DNA of 32,000 nt from assembly GCF_000039765.1 (NCBI RefSeq), contig NC_004460.2, positions 990,001 to 1,022,000 on the forward strand. The letters run 5' to 3'. Positions 17,318 through 25,489 of this stretch are shown here, in pieces. Position 1 is the first letter of the stretch. The number at the start of each line of letters is the position of its first letter. Below the pieces are notes generated by a model. It worked only from the letters and a program-made list of their open reading frames with translations, was not told where the DNA came from and did no database searches. The stretch comes from Vibrio vulnificus CMCP6 (lineage in GTDB: Bacteria > Pseudomonadota > Gammaproteobacteria > Enterobacterales > Vibrionaceae). Both the position numbers and the translations under genes were made by a program.

Positions 17318-19476
17318 GGAAATTAATGAAGCAGAACAGTAAGTTACCCATCCTTGCTATTCTCCTAGTGACGCTAGGTAGCGCACTGTTTTTCCTTATC
17401 GCCGCCGCCTTTTTTTCCTATCAAAACATGACCAGCCAAGCGATGGCGCCGTATGTGTCGATCGTGAACAACAATTTAGGCGCAAAAACCAAGCTGCTGC
17501 ACATCAAAAGTTCGCTGCAAGATTTTTTAGTCGAACCGTCTGCTGCCAACTTGCAGAAAACGCAAATCCGTACACGCATTATGCGTGCGAGCATTGAAAA
17601 TGATCTGAGAAGTCACGCCACCATTGAGCTTCATTCTGATTACGGTGATTTTGCGCAACTGGATGCCATGACCCAAGGGCTACATCAATTGACCTCCCGA
17701 GTCGCCGCCTTAAAAGAGGTGACTTCAGCTGAAGCCGTGATGCCAAGTTTAATTAGCGAAATCGACGCGCTCTATGACCGCTGGAACACCTACACCTCTG
17801 AAGTTATTTTGCAGGTTGAACACAATCAGAGTGACTTCCTACTGACCCGAGAGCAGTTTTATCATCAACAGCATTGGTACTACTTGGCTATTCTCTTTGT
17901 TTCTATTTTGATCATTGCGCTAGTCTTCAAACTCTATATCGATCAAGTGCGGCTCACTCGTTTTACGCAACAGCAATCCCTCGATATGCAAGAAGCGAAG
18001 CGCGCCGCCGAGGCGAGTGCAGAAACCAAATCCAAATTTCTCGCCAACATTTCTCACGAAGTACGCACTCCACTGAATGCCATCATCGGTTTAAGCGACA
18101 CCGACCATTATCTCAATGCCAGCGAACAAATTCGCGAGTACATCGATCTGATCCATCGCTCGGGCAAACATCTGCTTGCTTTGATGAACGATATTTTGGA
18201 CATCAGCAAAATCGACTCTGGCAAGCTGACATTGGAACAAGTGGAATTCTCACTGAAAGACATTGTTGATGACACTCGCGTGTTGTTTCACGAGCGAACC
18301 CAGACACCGGGGGTAGAGAGCTTTATCATCACACCTCAAGATTGCGACATGATTTTCTACGGCGATCCACTGCGCCTGTTCCAAATCATCAGCAATCTCT
18401 GTTCAAACGCGATCAAATTCACTCATGAAGGGCAGATTAAAGTAGCGTTCACCGTGCAAAATCGTGGCCCTAACTCGGTGCTGCAAATCTGCGTGTCTGA
18501 CACTGGCATTGGCATTTCAGAAGCGCAGTTGCAAAAGGTGTTTGACGAGTTTGTCCAAGCCGACGATTCAACCACACGAAAATACGGCGGCACGGGGCTC
18601 GGGTTGGCGATTTGCCAAAAACTGACCAATCTCATGCAAGGCACATTACGCATAGAAAGCGAACTCAATCGAGGCACCCACGTGACCTTGTCCTTAACTC
18701 TGCCCCTATTGCATGCACCGCATTTTGAACCCAAACCACCATGTCCGAGTGATATTTTGGTCCATAATGATGGCAGTGAGTATTACAGCACTATCCAACA
18801 CGATGTGAACCGATTGGCTTTATTGGCGGATCATACCGAGTCTTATTTTGTGTATTACCATCACAATCAACGTCTTATCGCGAATATTCTTCCCACCTTA
18901 TACGAGGAGGCTGGGGGGCGAAAACTGCTGGTGATCACCGATATCGAACAGCAGCAGAATCTCGAAAGCAGTGCAAAAGTGGAGTACCTCAGTAAGCCGT
19001 ATGTTTCTTATCGAATGTATGAACTGCTCCTTGGCAAGCCTACCCCATCGTTAGCCACCATCACCATGCCTCACAAAACCTACTTGGATTTGCAGGTCTT
19101 GCTGGTAGAAGATGTTCATATTAATCAGTTGGTCGCGACGCACTTTCTGGCTCGCTTAGGCATTGTTCCCGATATGGCCAATAACGGTGAAGAAGCCTTA
19201 GCACGGATGAGAAAACAAGTCTACGACTTGGTGTTGATGGACATTCAAATGCCAGTGATGGATGGCTTGCAAGCGATGAAAGTGATTCAAGCAGAGCAAC
19301 TCGCCAAAGGGGCGATAATCATAGCGGTAACGGCAAACGTGTTTGAAGAGGATGAGAAAAAGTATCGACAGGCGGGTTTTGACGATATTCTCGCAAAACC
19401 CTTTAATGTTGACGCATTACAGAGCTTGATCGAAACTCATTGCCTCACAAACACAGTGAAAAGCCGCACAGTTTAA
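17314..19476 (+). CDS. Hybrid sensor histidine kinase/response regulator (TM, periplasmic helical region, TM, HisKA, HATPase, receiver-like linker, REC); no HPt domain
   Basis: H-box ISHEVRTPLNAIIG, N-box ISNLCSNAIKFT, G1 VSDTGIGI, and G2 GGTGLGLAI. REC domain: VLLVEDVHINQ, DLVLMDIQMPVMDG, IIAVTAN, ILAKPF. The ATGA overlaps the upstream gene. An alternative start at 17326 has a GAGGA SD. Confidence 0.9.
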   Translation: MRKLMKQNSKLPILAILLVTLGSALFFLIAAAFFSYQNMTSQAMAPYVSIVNNNLGAKTKLLHIKSSLQDFLVEPSAANLQKTQIRTRIMRASIENDLRSHATIELHSDYGDFAQLDAMTQGLHQLTSRVAALKEVTSAEAVMPSLISEIDALYDRWNTYTSEVILQVEHNQSDFLLTREQFYHQQHWYYLAILFVSILIIALVFKLYIDQVRLTRFTQQQSLDMQEAKRAAEASAETKSKFLANISHEVRTPLNAIIGLSDTDHYLNASEQIREYIDLIHRSGKHLLALMNDILDISKIDSGKLTLEQVEFSLKDIVDDTRVLFHERTQTPGVESFIITPQDCDMIFYGDPLRLFQIISNLCSNAIKFTHEGQIKVAFTVQNRGPNSVLQICVSDTGIGISEAQLQKVFDEFVQADDSTTRKYGGTGLGLAICQKLTNLMQGTLRIESELNRGTHVTLSLTLPLLHAPHFEPKPPCPSDILVHNDGSEYYSTIQHDVNRLALLADHTESYFVYYHHNQRLIANILPTLYEEAGGRKLLVITDIEQQQNLESSAKVEYLSKPYVSYRMYELLLGKPTPSLATITMPHKTYLDLQVLLVEDVHINQLVATHFLARLGIVPDMANNGEEALARMRKQVYDLVLMDIQMPVMDGLQAMKVIQAEQLAKGAIIIAVTANVFEEDEKKYRQAGFDDILAKPFNVDALQSLIETHCLTNTVKSRTV

Positions 19477-19562
19477 CAACAAACTTTTCGTCGTTTCGCC
19501 ATTTCTCTGTTTTTATAAGCCTTCGACTCTCTGTTATTACAGAGCTTGTAACAACCGCAGCA

Positions 19563-19976
19563 ATGAGTAAAAACATGCCCCCTGTACACCCATGCGTCTC
19601 CTTTTTATTCATCGATCAAGACAAGGTATTGCTTGAGCAACGTAGCAAAGAGAAATCTTGCGATCCCGATATGGTTGCCATTCCCGGCGGGCATATGGAA
19701 AAGGGAGAAAGCCAAACAGAGACTCTGCTAAGAGAGATCCGCGAAGAACTTGGCGTCGATGCGTTGACGTATCACTATCTCTGTTCGCTCTACCATCCAA
19801 CCTCTGAGCTTCAGCTGCTGCACTATTATGTGGTAACCCAATGGCAAGGTGAGATCCAAAGCCACGAAGCGGACACTGTCTTTTGGAGCAAGGTCACTGA
19901 CTTCGCCCCAGCGACCGAGGCAGATAAGACCGCACTTAAAGAACTACTTCGCTTACAAGCAGAGGGGTTGTTTTAG
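19563..19976 (+). CDS. Nudix hydrolase
   Basis: Nudix box GGHMEKGESQTETLLREIREELGV. The start is set at the ATG at 19563 (MSKNMPP...); the track's longer ORF overlaps the kinase gene. The start is not firmly supported by an SD. Confidence 0.75.
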   Translation: MSKNMPPVHPCVSFLFIDQDKVLLEQRSKEKSCDPDMVAIPGGHMEKGESQTETLLREIREELGVDALTYHYLCSLYHPTSELQLLHYYVVTQWQGEIQSHEADTVFWSKVTDFAPATEADKTALKELLRLQAEGLF

Positions 19977-20164
19977 CTCGCATTGATACTCCGCATGCCG
20001 TGTGAGCGTCAAACGATGCGACATCACACCGTGACATAAAAACCACAAAAACAGACCAAAAGAATCATTTCCAAGTAAATATCAAAAACAGTGACACTTT
20101 CGAGCGAGAAAACTATCCTGAGGTTCTTACAATGGTTCTCATACACCATTAGGAGAACATCAGC

Positions 20165-20704
20165 ATGAAATACTCATCTATCGCACTACTACTGCTTAGC
20201 TCTGTTGCCGCATCCACCAGCTATGCTGGCGATTTTAGCCTCACTAGCCATGACATTATGGAAGGGCAACGTATGGCGAAAACTTTTGAATTTACAGGAT
20301 TCGGTTGTAGCGGCGATAACCTTTCCCCTCAACTGAGCTGGCAGAACGCGCCTAAAGGCACCAAAAGTTTTGCCATCACCGCGTACGACCCAGATGCCCC
20401 AACAGGCAGTGGTTGGTGGCATTGGTCTACCATTGACATCCCAGCCAATGTATCGGAATTACCGCGTGGCGTTGACCTTAAGAAAGTAGGCGCAACGGAG
20501 ATCCGTAACGACTATGGCGCAAAAGGATTCGGCGGCGTTTGTCCGCCAGAGGGTGATGGCATGCACCGCTATCAATTTACCGTTTGGGCATTACCTGAAG
20601 CCAAGTTAGACTTAGATAGCAACAGCTCACCCGCTCTAGTGGGTTTTATGCTCAACGCGATGGCGTTAGATAAAGCAACGTTAACCGCAACTTACGTTCG
20701 ATAA
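20165..20704 (+). CDS. Periplasmic YbhB/YbcL-family PEBP (Raf kinase inhibitor-like) protein
   Basis: Signal peptide MKYSSIALLLLSSVAASTSYA/GD. PEBP signature segments are present (NLSPQLSWQNAPKGTKSFAITAYDPDAPTGSGWWHW; GFGGVCPPEGDGMHRYQFTVWAL). An AGGAGAA SD is present. Confidence 0.85.
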   Translation: MKYSSIALLLLSSVAASTSYAGDFSLTSHDIMEGQRMAKTFEFTGFGCSGDNLSPQLSWQNAPKGTKSFAITAYDPDAPTGSGWWHWSTIDIPANVSELPRGVDLKKVGATEIRNDYGAKGFGGVCPPEGDGMHRYQFTVWALPEAKLDLDSNSSPALVGFMLNAMALDKATLTATYVR

Positions 20705-20721
20705 TTCGTATGGGAGTGACA

Positions 20722-21516
20722 ATGAAATCATTGATGCAACTTGCCTACTACCGTGGTGTTCACACGCAAGCATTGCGCAATGTGGCGATTCTCACTCCCA
20801 GCATTATCCAAATTACCACTGGCAGTAAGCGCCTTTATTGGCAAGAAACCACCTTGGATATTGATGCTCACAGCCTGCTACTGTGCCGTGCCAACCACGC
20901 GCTCCATTTCGAGAATCTTCCTCAAGCAGGACAGTTTTCATCTCGCCAATTTTGTTTCTCTCTACCACCCACATCAGAAATGCTGTCGCTGAGTGAACGT
21001 AATGGCACGACAACGCCACATCTCACCCTTCATCACCCTGTGGTTCGCTGTGATAAAGCCCTCAACCATACGCTGAATTTGCTCGCCGGACTGCCGCTTG
21101 GCGATTTGAGTGCAGAGACACTCACGTTCTGGCTGTACGGCCTCTATCAGCAATTGGCAGAACGAGGGGTGCTGCATTTGATGTTTGCGCCACAAGGCCA
21201 AAGCTTTGAGCAAAAACTGAGCGAGTTTATTGCCCAACAGCCGAGTAAAGATCATCAAATTGAAGACGCTTGTCAGCACTTCGCCATCAGCAAAGCGACC
21301 TTGATCCGCCGCTTAAAAGAGGAAGGCACTCAATATCGTGAAGTGTTGTCAAAAGTACGGCTTAGCCATGCACTAAGCCTGATGCAGCAAGGCCATCGTA
21401 AAACCGCAGAGTTGTCATTGATGTGCGGATACCAATCGCCAGATAAATTCAGTCAACGCTTTCGCCAGCGCTTTGGACTCTCTCCGAGAGAGTATTGCAA
21501 AACACTGCCGAATTGA
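20722..21516 (+). CDS. AraC-family transcriptional regulator
   Basis: C-terminal double HTH (IEDACQHFAISKATLIRRLKEEGTQYREVL...LSLMCGYQSPDKFSQRFRQRFGLSPREY). The ATG at 20722 has GGAG 5 nt upstream; the track start is 20710. Confidence 0.85.
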   Translation: MKSLMQLAYYRGVHTQALRNVAILTPSIIQITTGSKRLYWQETTLDIDAHSLLLCRANHALHFENLPQAGQFSSRQFCFSLPPTSEMLSLSERNGTTTPHLTLHHPVVRCDKALNHTLNLLAGLPLGDLSAETLTFWLYGLYQQLAERGVLHLMFAPQGQSFEQKLSEFIAQQPSKDHQIEDACQHFAISKATLIRRLKEEGTQYREVLSKVRLSHALSLMQQGHRKTAELSLMCGYQSPDKFSQRFRQRFGLSPREYCKTLPN

Positions 21517-21604
21517 GCACAGCGCCAGTTTGATCGTTTTCCGCCACGGTTCGTATGCAACAGCAAATCGTATACAACAGCAAAAACACACTCGCGAGGA
21601 GAAG

Positions 21605-23155
21605 ATGACATTCACTCGGCTACGACTCATTTTAGGCGACCAACTTAATGCACAGCACTCTTGGTTCGATCACGTGAGCGATGACACCTTATATCTGATC
21701 ATCGAACTCAAACAAGAAACCGTTTATGTTCGCCATCACGTGCAAAAAGTGTGTGCTTTCTTTGCGGCAATGGCGCATTTTTCGCAGACTCTGCAACAAC
21801 AAGGTCATCTTGTCCGCTACATCGATCTTGATGAGTCGTGCCAACGAACCACACTGACTGAATGGATTACAGCTCTCTGCCAGCAACACCAAATTACTCA
21901 TTTTGAATATCAACGTCCTGACGAATATCGTCTTTTACAACAACTCCATAATCTATCCATACTAGGTACAACCATTACCTGTGTCGATAGCGAACACTTC
22001 ATTCTTCCTTTTGATGAAATCGAAGCGCGATTTGCCCAAGCGAAACCACCTTTGATGGAGCATTTTTACCGCCAGATGAGAAAGCAACACAACGTCTTGT
22101 TGGATGAGCAGAAAAAACCGTTGGGTGGAAAATGGAACTACGACGCCGACAATCGAAACAAACTCTCGGACAAGGATCGAGATGCACTCCCAACACCGCT
22201 GATGTTTGCCAATCCTGTTGACACCATTCTTCAGCGGCTAGAGCGACACCAGGTGGATTGTATTGGAGAAGCACAAACACCGCTACTCTGGCCAGTCAAT
22301 CGCTCACAAGCATTGACGTTACTGGCACACTTTTGCCAAATCTGCCTACCCTATTTTGGCCGATTTCAAGATGCCATGACCCACCAACATACGGCCTCTT
22401 GGAGCCTCTATCACAGCCGCCTCTCCTTTGCCTTAAACAGCAAATTGATCTCTCCTACAGAAGTGATCAACACCGCGATCTCGTCTTATCGACACAATCA
22501 AGACGGCATTTCTCTGGCGCAAATAGAGGGGTTTGTGCGACAGATATTAGGTTGGCGTGAGTATGTTCGCGGGATTTACTGGAGCCAGATGCCACACTAC
22601 GCCACACTCAATGCACTGCAAGCCAAGCGCACATTGCCCTCCTATTTTTGGACCGGTGAGACTAATATGGCTTGCATGCACGCAGCCATCTCACAATCAC
22701 TGACCTTTGCCTACGCACATCACATTCAGCGCCTGATGGTGACGGGTAATTTTGCACTACTTGCGGGTTGTGACCCTGACGAAGTGGAGCAATGGTATCT
22801 TGGCATCTATATCGATGCGATTGAGTGGGTAGAAATGCCCAATACAAGGGGGATGGCTTTGCACGCTGATGGCGGCATCGTGGGCACCAAGCCCTATGCT
22901 GCCAGCGGCGCTTACATCAATAAAATGAGTGATTACTGCAAACAGTGCCATTACCACGTCAAACAGCGCAGTGGCCAAGATGCTTGCCCCATGAATAGCC
23001 TTTATTGGCATTTCATCGACCGACATCAAAACCGCTTCTTGCGTAATCCTCGCATGGCTCTGATGGTGAAAAATTGGCAAAACCAAGCCGACGACGAGAA
23101 AGCGCGTATTCTTGCCACCGCAAACGCGTATTTAGAGCGTCTTGATAGCTTATAG
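21605..23155 (+). CDS. FeS-cluster-containing cryptochrome/photolyase family protein (FeS-BCP/CryPro class; likely (6-4) photolyase-type)
   Basis: The N-terminus MTFTRLRLILGDQLN is typical of 'deoxyribodipyrimidine photolyase-related' proteins. Four Cys residues have PhrB-like spacing (MACMH ... YCKQCHYHVKQRSGQDAC, i.e. C-x2-C-x12-C). A GAGGAGAAG SD lies before the ATG at 21605; the track's longer ORF overlaps the AraC gene. Confidence 0.8.
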   Translation: MTFTRLRLILGDQLNAQHSWFDHVSDDTLYLIIELKQETVYVRHHVQKVCAFFAAMAHFSQTLQQQGHLVRYIDLDESCQRTTLTEWITALCQQHQITHFEYQRPDEYRLLQQLHNLSILGTTITCVDSEHFILPFDEIEARFAQAKPPLMEHFYRQMRKQHNVLLDEQKKPLGGKWNYDADNRNKLSDKDRDALPTPLMFANPVDTILQRLERHQVDCIGEAQTPLLWPVNRSQALTLLAHFCQICLPYFGRFQDAMTHQHTASWSLYHSRLSFALNSKLISPTEVINTAISSYRHNQDGISLAQIEGFVRQILGWREYVRGIYWSQMPHYATLNALQAKRTLPSYFWTGETNMACMHAAISQSLTFAYAHHIQRLMVTGNFALLAGCDPDEVEQWYLGIYIDAIEWVEMPNTRGMALHADGGIVGTKPYAASGAYINKMSDYCKQCHYHVKQRSGQDACPMNSLYWHFIDRHQNRFLRNPRMALMVKNWQNQADDEKARILATANAYLERLDSL

Positions 23156-23617
23156 CTGGCTAACAATCGCGGTAAAATCCTCATCCTCTGGGTTTGTCAG
23201 TAACGATTCCCCCTGATGATTAGCCGCTTTTTCATCTTGGGGATTGCGTAAATTGCAGCTTTCAAGAGACAAACAACCACAGCCAATGCAACCACCCAAA
23301 TCGCTCTGCAACGCTTTCAGTTGCAAAATCCGATGCTCTAGCATTGCATGCCAGCCCGTTGCCATGGTTTCCCACTGCGCTTTTGTCGGCGCTTGATGCT
23401 TAGGGAGCCCTTCTAACGCTTGGGTAATCTCTTCTAGTGACAGCCCGACCTGCTGAGCCGCTTTGATCACCGCAATACGACGTAACACACTGCGATGATA
23501 GCGTCTTTGATTGCCTGGATTGCGCCAACTGGTGATCAGCCCTTTCTGTTCATAAAAGTGCAACGTCGACACTTTCACTCCCGATCGTTTCGCCACTTCA
23601 CCTACGCTGATGTCCAT
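23150..23617 (-). CDS. soxR: Redox-sensitive MerR-family transcriptional activator SoxR
   Basis: N-terminal MerR HTH (ISVGEVAKRSGVKVSTLHFYEQKGLI) and the diagnostic [2Fe-2S] motif CIGCGCLSLESCNLRNP (C-x2-C-x-C-x5-C). Confidence 0.92.
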   Translation of the reverse strand: MDISVGEVAKRSGVKVSTLHFYEQKGLITSWRNPGNQRRYHRSVLRRIAVIKAAQQVGLSLEEITQALEGLPKHQAPTKAQWETMATGWHAMLEHRILQLKALQSDLGGCIGCGCLSLESCNLRNPQDEKAANHQGESLLTNPEDEDFTAIVSQL

Positions 23618-23664
23618 TTTGCTTCCTTGCGAGTTATGAGGCTGTCTCTTTGTCGAATTTGAGC

Positions 23665-23695
23665 AAAAAAACGCTTTACCTCAAGTTAAGTTGAG
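23665..23695 (+). promoter_or_regulatory. SoxR operator embedded in a 19-bp-spacer promoter driving the MFS gene
   Basis: -35 tttacc (23665-23670), a 19-nt spacer, and -10 tagagt (23690-23695). The spacer contains cctcaagttaagttgagc (23669-23686), a near-perfect match to the SoxR box CCTCAAGTTAACTTGAGG. Confidence 0.85.
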
Positions 23696-23727
23696 CTTTT
23701 AGAGTAGCAACAAATACGTCAGTCGAC

Positions 23728-24951
23728 ATGGAGAAAATAATGAATATGCCACCTGCAACACGCAATCGGACCTTGCCTTACCTCACCGGCCTCTTTTTTG
23801 ATGGGATCTCATCGGGACTGTTTATGATGGCGTTGCCATGGATGATGCTACAAACACCCGACATGGGCACGTTTGTCGCACTAACCGCTCTTGTGTGTAC
23901 AGCGCTCTCTTTTGTGATCACCCCCTTTTTCGCTACGTTGATTGATCGCCACTCTCGCAAAACCATTCTACTCTTCAATCAATGGTTACAGGTGCTGACC
24001 GCACTCGTTGTTGCCCTAGCGAGCCAGTGGGGATGGCACTCCCCTTGGCTACTGGCAGGTGCACAACTGATCTTCTGGCTCTCAAGTAATTTGGCATGGA
24101 GCACCAATAACGCCTTTACTCAGGAAAATTATCAGCAGCACGAATACGCCAGCATTGCGGGAAAACAAGAAATTGTATTGCAAGCCACCACCCTGGGCGC
24201 CGGCGGCTTAGGGGTAGTGTTGCTAGAACATTGGGGATTGTTGGAATTTGCGCTGTTTGCCGCCAGTGCATCGTTTATCGCCGCCATTAGCTACACGTTA
24301 ACGCCTTATCACCGACAACTTCGCGCCGCAAAATCCGGTAAATTTTGGCATCAAGTGGTGGAGAGTCGCGTGATTTTCTCGGCGCAACCACGTTTCTTCG
24401 CCATCATTTTTCTCTCTTGCCTTTCCTATCCCATCGTCACCTATTTGGGTAAGTTGGTACCGATCTGGTTCGCGGAAAACCAAGTCGCAGGACATTGGTT
24501 CGCCAGCTACAGCATTGCTTTCGGCTTAGGCTCACTGCTCACGGGGTTGTCCATTCATCGATTATTGGCCAAAGGCAATTACCCAAAAACGTTATTATGG
24601 GCGATGGTGGCACTGACGTTTGCACTCGCGGGCATGGCACTCGCCACCACGCCTTTGGCGTTGATTGTACTGACGTTTCTTTTTGGGTTTTTCAATGCAC
24701 TCAACCGAATTACTCGCACGAACTGGATGCATCACACCGTGGCCATTGAACAGAGAGGGCGTGTTGACGGAGGGCTGGCCATGTTTTCAACATTGGTACA
24801 GAGCTTAAGTTACCTATTAATCGCGTTTTTGGCTCAGCAAGACCAAACGCAGCTGGGCTTCCTCGTTGCGACACTGGTCATGCTGGTTGCTTCTGTCTGT
24901 TTATTTGTGTTGACCAGTCGGCCTTTAACGCGAGAACTGGTGCACGAATAG
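23728..24951 (+). CDS. MFS transporter (probable SoxR-controlled efflux pump)
   Basis: 407 aa with about 12 TM segments. It is divergent from soxR with a SoxR box in its promoter. Alternative ATGs lie at 23740 and 23746. Confidence 0.85.
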   Translation: MEKIMNMPPATRNRTLPYLTGLFFDGISSGLFMMALPWMMLQTPDMGTFVALTALVCTALSFVITPFFATLIDRHSRKTILLFNQWLQVLTALVVALASQWGWHSPWLLAGAQLIFWLSSNLAWSTNNAFTQENYQQHEYASIAGKQEIVLQATTLGAGGLGVVLLEHWGLLEFALFAASASFIAAISYTLTPYHRQLRAAKSGKFWHQVVESRVIFSAQPRFFAIIFLSCLSYPIVTYLGKLVPIWFAENQVAGHWFASYSIAFGLGSLLTGLSIHRLLAKGNYPKTLLWAMVALTFALAGMALATTPLALIVLTFLFGFFNALNRITRTNWMHHTVAIEQRGRVDGGLAMFSTLVQSLSYLLIAFLAQQDQTQLGFLVATLVMLVASVCLFVLTSRPLTRELVHE

Positions 24952-24980
24952 CAAAAAAGCCAACCTCAAACGAGGTTGGC
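24952..24980 (-). terminator. Intrinsic terminator oriented for the minus strand
   Basis: gccaacctc (24959-24967), aaac, gaggttggc (24972-24980). A U6 tail is present only on the minus strand (A-run 24953-24958 on plus). On the plus strand the hairpin is followed by ggagctta. Confidence 0.75.
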
Positions 24981-24985
24981 GGAGC

Positions 24986-25240
24986 TTACCAGACAAAGCA
25001 AACAGGGGGAGAGTCAGGAGCTGGCAAGTTAAAACGCATGACTAAACGGCTGCTAATACCGTCGCACAACAAGCCATTAACTCGGAAATCTTCCGCTTTT
25101 TCCGCAATCCAAAGGTCAGCGAAGACGAGGTGATTCGACGCATTCTGTCCATTTCTGTCAGTCATTAACGTAAGAAAAGAGAATTCAATACCAACTTCGT
25201 TCCATTTCACCGTCAAAAACCGCCAACAGGCATAAAACAC
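24986..25240 (-). CDS. Hypothetical 84-aa ORF (doubtful)
   Basis: This is the only ORF that the minus-oriented terminator could serve; its stop lies 5 nt from the hairpin. It has no convincing SD, a Trp/Cys-rich unusual composition, and no recognisable motif. Confidence 0.3.
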   Translation of the reverse strand: MFYACWRFLTVKWNEVGIEFSFLTLMTDRNGQNASNHLVFADLWIAEKAEDFRVNGLLCDGISSRLVMRFNLPAPDSPPVCFVW

Positions 25241-25489
25241 GCTATTCTCATAGTAAGTGTTTGGTTTAGAACTTTATACCAAGCTCTGTGCAAAAAACGG
25301 GCTCGCCTTTACAGAGCACATCCCCTTATAATTAGTGATAAAAACAACAATAAAATTCCCAAACCACGAGGAACGACGTACAGAAGGCAATAAGTAAACG
25401 TTCATGCTCAGCTGCGCATAGCACGCGACTCAACGTCAGTGGCTAAACGTGGACAGGGATATCGCTCATTGACGAAAAGGACACACAAT

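Noticed and set aside
20125-20164. Two mutually exclusive short hairpins (aatggt/accatt and gttctc/gagaac) overlapping the SD of the PEBP gene, which might suggest a riboregulator or thermosensor.
   Set aside because: The stems are only 6 bp and could arise by chance. No conserved riboswitch-like core is recognisable.
21473-21604. N-terminal extensions offered by the ORF track: photolyase-family gene from 21473, Nudix from 19440, binding protein from 25439, AraC from 20710, EF-G-like from 29207 and adaptor from 16393.
   Set aside because: For most of them (21605, 20722, 29222, 16387), an internal ATG preceded by a good SD gives an N-terminus that matches the family or a proper signal peptide. 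For the binding protein the SD is distant (~9 nt) and for Nudix there is none, so those two starts rest on the resulting N-terminus alone. The extensions overlap upstream genes or use rare starts.
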